From positions 15,368,373 to 15,432,372 of the forward strand of contig MU053881.1 of the NCBI GenBank assembly GCA_013239625.1: a stretch of 64,000 bases of DNA. The letters are read 5' to 3'. Shown here piece by piece: positions 47,467 to 64,000 of this stretch (position 1 is its first letter; each line of letters opens with the position of its first letter). The position numbers and the translations under genes were made by a program. The notes under the pieces were generated by a model, which saw only the letters and a program-made list of their open reading frames with translations, was not told the origin of the DNA and did not search any database. This DNA is from Lama guanicoe (Eukaryota).

Positions 47467-50400
47467 TCACTTGAAACAGACTTCCTTGTGGGAACTGGTC
47501 ATGATTTGGCAGACATCCGGCTTCTCGCCCTGGAGGAGATGGCCGTGAATTGGGGTCCTGAAAGGAGACCCTACCCGCAATGGCTGAATCCCTCTGGTCC
47601 CCATACAGCTTACCTGGTACAACTGACAAACGAGGCGTAAAAGCTGACCCTGCTCTTTCATGGGTTTCTACACAAGCAAGACAGGAGGTCATAAGTCCCA
47701 CCCGCCTCAACCAATCCGTGCTTGGTCCAGAAGGGGCTGCAAATGGCCCCAAGTCTGGCCCCTGCCTCTTGCCTCCCAGATCAGTGGGCACATCAATCAA
47801 TCCTCCCACATCAGTGGGCACACCCATCTGCCTGGGGGCTGACCTGAGGGCTGCAAGAGTTCTTACCCCATTGACGATGACCCAGGGCACATATTCGTGG
47901 GGTGGTTGCAGAGCGTCTGTCAGCTGGGCGTTGATGTGTAAGAGCTGCATGCCACGGTCCCCCATTGCGCACTCCATGATGGTGTCCGGGGACACCTTTG
48001 GAGCATAGATCTGCAGGCACTGAGGGCAGAGGGGGACCTGGTCAGCTGGGGCATTGCCTCAGCTTCCTCCCTGTTATCTCCCCAACGGTCCCCAAACCAG
48101 CACTGCTCCCCCAACCTGGCCAAGCCAAGCTTCTGTTTCCTCACTGGCAACGGGGGACAGTTGGGTTCACAGGGATGCAGCAATGCCCACAAGTAGTAGG
48201 TGCTTAATACATGCCTAATTGGAAGCCCCCAGGGCAGGAGCTCAGGTTGCTCCTGTCTTCCATAAGACCAGACCCGCAGCCCCTGATCCCTACAGTGTTT
48301 CACTTTCCTCAGAGCTTTCATACATGCTGTTCTCTCTGCCAGAAACACCTTTCTTCCTCCTTTGCACTATCCCAGCCCCACTATGAATGTGCAGGGCTAG
48401 GGGTGTCTCAGGATGGCCCAGGTCTCTTGGGTGGCCCAGATGTTTGATGAATGAATAAACAATTGGGGCAGATGAGTCATTCGTCTGGGAGTTCCTTTTC
48501 ATAATCCTCCAGGGAGAGAGGTCCTGTCCTGTCACTCCCATAGAGAAGGATCATCATCTATGTCCCTGCTCATTCCTGTTCATCCAAGCCCAGCTCAGAG
48601 ACACCTTGTCCAGGAAGCCCTCCCTGATCTACCCACGTCCCCAGAAGATCTTCATCCTCTCAATTCAGAGATTGAGGCTATGAGAGGGGAAGCCAGTTTC
48701 TCAGGGCTGCACAGAGAGTGACCATCAAGGTAAAGACTTGAACTTGGGTCTGTCTGGATGCAGGGAGGTCAGGGCCCTGCAACCCAAGCTGAGTGAGGGG
48801 GGCACTGCTCACCGGCTTCAGATTTTTCTCCATGTCATCCATTTCCTCGAGGCAGACAATGGTTAGGAAGGCCACGTTCCTCTCTAGCTGGTCCAACAGG
48901 CAGGCCTAGGGTTGGGGGCAGGCAGGCAAGGATGTGAGGGGGGCCCAGAGCACCCTGAGACCACTCTGGGAATAATCATGGGTGTCCACTAACAAAGTGG
49001 AAAAATGAAGACATGATGACATGAGGGCAAACAGGCAGAGGACAGTGCTGGTTCCAATCCCTTCTGAGCCTCGCTTTCACCTTCCTTATCATGGATAGTT
49101 TTCCCAGCCTCGGTGCTCCCCACCCGGGAACTCTGGGGCTGCTCACCTCCACCTTGTTAAGCTTGCATTCCTGCTCCCCGTGTTGGCATGTGAACTCCCA
49201 CTTGCCACTGATGTTTTGTTCCTGAAAGGCAGTGGGATGAGTGCTGGCAGCCCACCTCCTTCCCCTGCCCTCCTCCCCTGGCCACGTGCCTCAGTTTCCC
49301 CCGTGCCCACGTACCTTTGCGTTTCCATAGGGCACCAACGTGACATTGAGGATCTCCTGAACCAACAGCCACGTTGGGAAAAGCTCTCGGACCAGAAAAT
49401 ATCGGCAGCCGGGACATAGTGACTCATAATAGAGGCTCACATTGACAGGTGGTGGGTCTGACTTCCCCAGGGGCGCTCTCAGGCACAGCTCACCAGCCTG
49501 GGCGGGAGGAAGGGGTATGAATCAAAGGCAGCCCTGCTTGGTTCTCTTGCAGAAAGGGAGCTGCAAACAGTAGGTGCTCCATCTCCCACTCCTTCCAGAA
49601 CTTGCCAGGTGGAATTCTGACTCTGAGGCTTTACTACATCTCTAAATCTTCCTACATCTCAGCCTGTCTGCAAAATGGATGTGACAAGATTTGCAAACAG
49701 TAGGCAGTTAATGTGTACACGAGTCTTGCTTCCATCTGGGTGAGCTGAAACTTTTCACCCAGGGGGACAGCAGGTGGTAAGAATTCAAGTCATGCACATT
49801 TCTGGTCACTGCTGTCAATCCTGCCTTCTGTGGTGCATACCGCCAATGCATGCTCACTTGTTGCCACTTCATCCCTGGAGACTTGGCCCTGAGCTGAGCA
49901 AGCTCCTACACCCCCACTGACTCCTTATTTAGTCTTCCCCTCAGCGGGCCCACTGAACTCCTCCCAAGGCTACTGCAGAGGCGGCACCTAATAGGTGCTG
50001 ACTTCCGGCTACAGCTGAGGGGTGGCGGGCGGCGGTGTCTGTGAGCAAGTCGCTCAGCCTTCGGGGCATCTGCTTACTCCGCACCAGAAACACGCGAGCT
50101 CTTCCCGGGCAGAAAGGCACCCAGTAAGCAGCACCTAATGAGAGCGGGTAGCCTTAGGCAGGCTGCTTAGCTTGTCTGGGCTTCCCCTGGCATGAAAGAA
50201 GAGACTGATTTCCGCTCCAGATGTACACAGTAGGTGCTCAGTGCACCCTGGGTGGAGGGGCAGCGGGGAAAGCCGGGTTACAGCCGAGCGACTCAGACTC
50301 CAGATGGGGAAGCGAAAGGGAAAGGAGTGTGGCCACAGTGTCAGGATTGAAGTGGATGGGGTCGGCACCGACCCGGGTTAGCGTCCCCTCTGGACCCTGG

Positions 50401-50610
50401 TCTTCCCTGGAGAAGCCTGGGGAGAGAGGAGGAGCCGCCGGCCTGTCGCCTGGGCGCCGGTCCCCGTTGGCCCGCCGGCCTTATCGCCGTCCCTACCTTG
50501 CAGGGGGCCGCCCCCTCTGGGAGTGTTCCCAGCAGGGACTCCCGCGCCGCCGAGGGGCCCTCCAGCAGCAGCAGCAGACGCAGGAAGGGCAGGAGAGGCA
50601 ACGAGGCCAT
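47467..50610 (-). CDS. IFI30: Gamma-interferon-inducible lysosomal thiol reductase (GILT), 244 aa
   Basis: Exons 50610-50497, 49497-49315, 49221-49147, 48905-48813, 48019-47867, 47667-47614, 47529-47467 (735 nt). Signal peptide, YYESLCPGC active site, [16 protein letters not shown] signature, YVPWVIVNG. Minus-strand AATAAA at 47264-47269. Confidence 0.97.
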
Positions 50611-50886
50611 CACAGCGGGGACAAACGTGCGACGCCGGGAGCAGCGGCACCGGGGAAGGAGCCGCCTTTAACCCGGCGGTGGCCCAGCCCCCAGGCCGGA
50701 CCCGCCTCCTGGGGCCCACGCCCCTCGGAGGCCGGGCCGCGTCTCTGGGTATCTCTTCTTCTCCCTCTGAGTTTCTTTCCAACCCGACCCCCACCCGCAC
50801 CCCTGCCAGGTGCTGGGCCTCTGATCACCTGGACAACGGGCTGCCCTTCGATCCCCCCAACCCTTCCCCACGATCAGTCCCGCCCA

Positions 50887-50896
50887 GTCACGTGAG
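50887..50896. promoter_or_regulatory. CLEAR-like E-box (TFEB/MITF/USF) in the IFI30 promoter
   Basis: GTCACGTGAG, one mismatch to GTCACGTGAC, about 280 bp upstream of the IFI30 ATG. Confidence 0.55.
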
Positions 50897-53800
50897 GCTG
50901 GGGCTCAGGCACCTTGAACAGAGATGAGGTGGGGGCTTAGAGACAGAGTCACAGAGAGACTGGGAGATAGGAGGGTCTCTATGGCCCCACGGATCCCTCT
51001 GGGGGTAGCCAGGGTGATCCAGGCCCCTGGACCAGCCCAGGGACCCCACCTCCCCACCCAGTGCTGGGATGGGGTGGGGTGGAGGAGGGCCATCACTTGC
51101 CTAGGAGTGGGCAGGGGCTGTGCAGCCCAGGCCCCCTCCCCCGAGCATGGCCCAGGCCCTCCCTCATCCCCAACCTTCAGCCCCTCCCTCCTCAAGCTCC
51201 CCAGCCTCAACACTCTAGATCCACCAGCAAAGTCCAGGTCCCGTGGGGCTGACTCAGACTTGGCTGCAGCTGGACCAGAAAGCAGAAGCCAGCTCAGGCA
51301 GCGGCGCCTCGCTTCACTTGGACCCCATCTCTGGCTGTAGGGTGGAGGGAGAAGAAATTAGCTGTTCCTTCTTTCCACCATCCAAGGCTTGAGAAGGGGG
51401 CATTGCTGCTCTCACAGTGAGTTCCCTCGCGGGAGAGAATCCAGGTTGGAGCTATCACTCTCTGAAGCCTGTATATGGGGTAGGGGTTGTGGATTGGCCA
51501 TGTTGGACTCAAACCCACAGGAATCAGCCAGACTCAGGTTTGCCCGGGAATGCTGGGTACCTCAAGTGATGAAGCCTCAACTTCCCCTTCTGTAAAATAG
51601 GGGAAGTGAGGCTGAGGGAATAAAGCAAGCCTGGAAGGCTCAGAGGTAGAGGGAGGGTTGCCCCAGATTGGGATCAGGGGTGGGACAGCTGGGTTTGTGA
51701 GCCTGGGAAGGTGTTGACACTACGCCCAGAGAGAATAGCCTGGATGAAGGCTTGGAGACTGGAGGTGTTGAGGGAGTAACTGAGCTGATCAGACTTCACA
51801 GGGCCTTAAATACCAGGTGTGACTTACGACCAGATCTGGCAGGAAGAAACTCCCATTCCTGGCCCGGAAAACAGCACAGTCCTCAGCTCCACAGCTTGTG
51901 TCTCCCACCAGTTCTCGACTGCGTGGCCACGTTCATAGTAACAGGTTGGGAAGCTGGGATTCCCCTGAAGTCCCCATGGCTGGACAATCCCCCATCCCAG
52001 CCTTTTGAGCCCTTCGCAAAACTCATTTCCTTTATGAAGCCTCTGCGAGACTAAGCCACACAGCTTTGTTAGTTTAGTGTGTGCTCCATCCTGTGCTGGA
52101 CTGTACAGAAGAAATGACAATAAATATCATTGCCACAATTTTCCCAGTAGTTATCAAGCATCAGCTCTAATGGACAAATTCAAAAACAACCTTATCCATT
52201 TTATCATAGAATCCTGAGACATCCACTCGGGGCAGGAGTAGCAACTCTTGACCTAGCTTGGTAAGAGGAAACTGAGGCTCAGAGAGGGGAGGTGACGTTT
52301 CTGAGGAAACACAGTTGGTTGAGTGTGGGGACTGGCTAGAGGCCGCGTGTGCTACTTCCTTCTGCTCCCAGGTTCTACCTTGCTGGGCTTATGGGACTTA
52401 GGTGAGTGAGCTTTACCCTGTGTCCACCCATGTTGAGGGTGAGGACCACAGTGAGGGTAGAGTCTGGGCTGGAGTTATTTAGGGGATGCCTCCTGACTGG
52501 CCACACAGCAGGTAAGGATGGGATCTCTGAGGCCAAGGAGGCAACTCCTGTCCCTCTGAGAGCCCAGTGGGAGATGGGTCAGGGGCAGCCTGGTTCTCAT
52601 CAGGGGCTGCTTCAGGGTTGTTGGGTCCTGCCAGGTGCTGTATAAGGAGGGGGAAGGAGAGAAGGTTCCCAGCCCTGGGGGTGTGGGAGAGGAGGGCTGA
52701 GGGACAGCCCTTGGGGTGGGGGTGAACTTGAGTCCAGGTCAAAGACACCCTGAAGACCCAGCTCTGTCACCTGGGACATCGCAGAATGAGTGTCAGGAGC
52801 AGGCATGGAGAGAGGCTCAGTGGAAGGTCAGCAGGGAGGGGCTGGCACTGAGGGCATCAAGGATATGGGTGACCCATGTGGGTGGCATGGGAAGGGCTGT
52901 GACTAGTGACCCTGCCTGACAACAAGGAAGCTGCACATCAGAGGGGAGTGTCTTTTTGGAGTGCAGGGCTGGTGGCTGAGTGCCAAAACTCAAGCCCAGG
53001 GACCAGTGATTAGCTGGTCCAGGGTCTGAGGTCCCCTGAGCAAGCCAGGGTAGGGCGCAGCGCTTGGGGTCTCGGCCTCTCTGCTGTGACCTCAGGCAGG
53101 TCTCTCAACTTCTCTGGTCAAGAGCATCTAAACTATGGTGGGGGTGTGGAGGTGGGGAGGAGGCACGAGTTGTAGGTCCCCACTTGGCAGCCCAGAGCCA
53201 AAGAGAAGCCTGTCACCAAAAACAGAAGCCTCCACCATGTTCAATGTTTTATATCCATATCAGTATCAACGTACCATACAAAACCTGCCTACCAGCCTAG
53301 CCAGGCAGGCAGGAGGTGGGGGGGGGTGTTCCGTGGTAGCGTAGAAAACCAGGGCTCTCATCCCAAAAGATGAGAGAAAAAAGGGCGTTACATACAATTA
53401 AGGAAAAATAAAATCAGAACCCAACATGATCGAGAAGCCTTGAGTCTGTGTCAAGTGGAGGTGCTGTGGGCAGCGCTGTGTGTTGGCCGCCCCAGATGTG
53501 CTGGGGCCTCGATTCCTGGGAAGCCTGGGGTCAGCTCATGAGTTTATTTTTAATTATTTTCCTTTTTGGGGGTCACTTCTTGGCAGCAGCCCCACTGTGG
53601 GGATAACCCAGTGTCAGGTTTCACTTCAGGGTTTGAAGGGGAAGTTGGGGTCTGTGGGGCAGGTCCCGCCTGGCCCCAAATGTCACGGCTGAGGTTCTTG
53701 GAAGTGGCTGAGCGAAGTTCCTTCCTGCCCTGACCCCAGGTCTATGGCTTAAAAATCGGGGAACCCAGGCTGGGGCCGCGCAGCCCGGGGGCCTCTGTAA

Positions 53801-54224
53801 ACATGGCAGGTGCAGCCAGGTGGGGCTTTGGGGACCCCAGGAGCCTGTGGGGGGCAGGGCACAGGGTCATGGGTGGCCAGAGCCATAGGCAGGGCAGTGC
53901 CTCTGTAAGAAGGCAGGGGGAGGAGAGTATGGAGTAGGGGAGGCAGGACCCCCCAGCACAGATACACAGAGGGACAGAGACCAAGAGAGAAGGAGCAGAC
54001 AGACAGATGGCGCTAGAAAGTGACAAAGGGTGACAAGGGGAAATGGAGAGAGGCTCTGAGAAAGGGAGATGGAGAGAAAAACACAGACAGGAAGAGATAC
54101 AAAGAAAACCCAAGAAAGAAGAGACAGATTCAGAGAGATGGAGACCTGGGATGCCGTCGCTAGCCCAGCCTCCAGCTTGGGGGCAGCTCAGCTCCGGGAC
54201 AGGTCTCTTGCTCTTGCTCAGCCG

Positions 54225-63473
<9,249 letters not shown>

Positions 63474-64000
63474 TCAGACCTCTATTTCCACCAAGAAGTT
63501 ACAGGTGACCACAGGGGATGCTTACACCTTGCTTCCCACCATTACTCCGTGACCCTGACAAGGGTCACTCGTTGCTTGGTCCACCATTCGTCAACTGGTG
63601 GGAGGGGGTCGGCAGCGTGATCTCGGGTCGCTCAGCCGCTGCGTCCCCCCTCAATCTGTAGGGTTGGCCGCTCACTCCCTCACGTGGGGGCCCATCGGCT
63701 CCCGAGGCTGGCGGCTCTTCCAGCTGCGCCAGGCGAGGGGGCCGGGGGCACAGGCTGTCACCATGCTCGGCTTGGGATGCTGACCTAGGGGGAGAGGGGC
63801 AGGGCAGCATTAGCTAGTTTGGACTCCTGTCACCTCTACCTGAGAGAACCTGGCCAAATCCCAGGTTCAAATCCCTGGACTCACTAGGTAAACTTGGGCC
63901 AGTTCCTGTCCCTCTCTGGGCCCCAGTTTCCCCAGCTGTAAAATGGGTGCAATAACAGCACTCCTTTGAGGTTGTTGGGAGCAGAGCTCCCAAGAACCTA

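Noticed and set aside
47772..47822. Imperfect 30-bp-period duplication in an IFI30 intron
   Set aside because: Only two copies; ordinary slippage duplication.
50770..50780. ISRE-like AGTTTCTTTCC in the IFI30 promoter
   Set aside because: Lacks the 2-nt spacer of GAAANNGAAA, so it is not a convincing IRF site.

Overview
Mammalian genomic DNA. The tRNA-derived SINEs point to a camelid (inferred from the sequence, not from a search). Gene order matches human 19p13.11. + strand: the 3' coding exons of a mucin-like single-pass membrane gene (probably CIST1/LOC729966, ~1.9-3.8 kb); PDE4C (6.3-30.1 kb, three intact alternative long N-termini splicing onto 14 common exons); RAB3A (34.8-40.0 kb). - strand: MPV17L2, IFI30 (GILT) and PIK3R2 (p85beta, all coding exons). 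All reconstructed introns are GT-AG and every complete CDS sums to whole codons. I found no new protein family. The most unusual signals are regulatory, around the PDE4C alternative promoters: a same-orientation cluster of split REST/RE1 motifs with a perfect heat-shock element just upstream, a separate canonical RE1, and a perfect CRE followed by a 10-bp-period CCGAA array. Other points: an antisense TATA promoter between PDE4C and RAB3A, ten CCAAT boxes at MPV17L2, three uORFs and a decayed miR-126 site in PIK3R2, and an exonic CTCF consensus. Gene identities and cross-species comparisons come from recalled orthologous sequences and need alignment to confirm.
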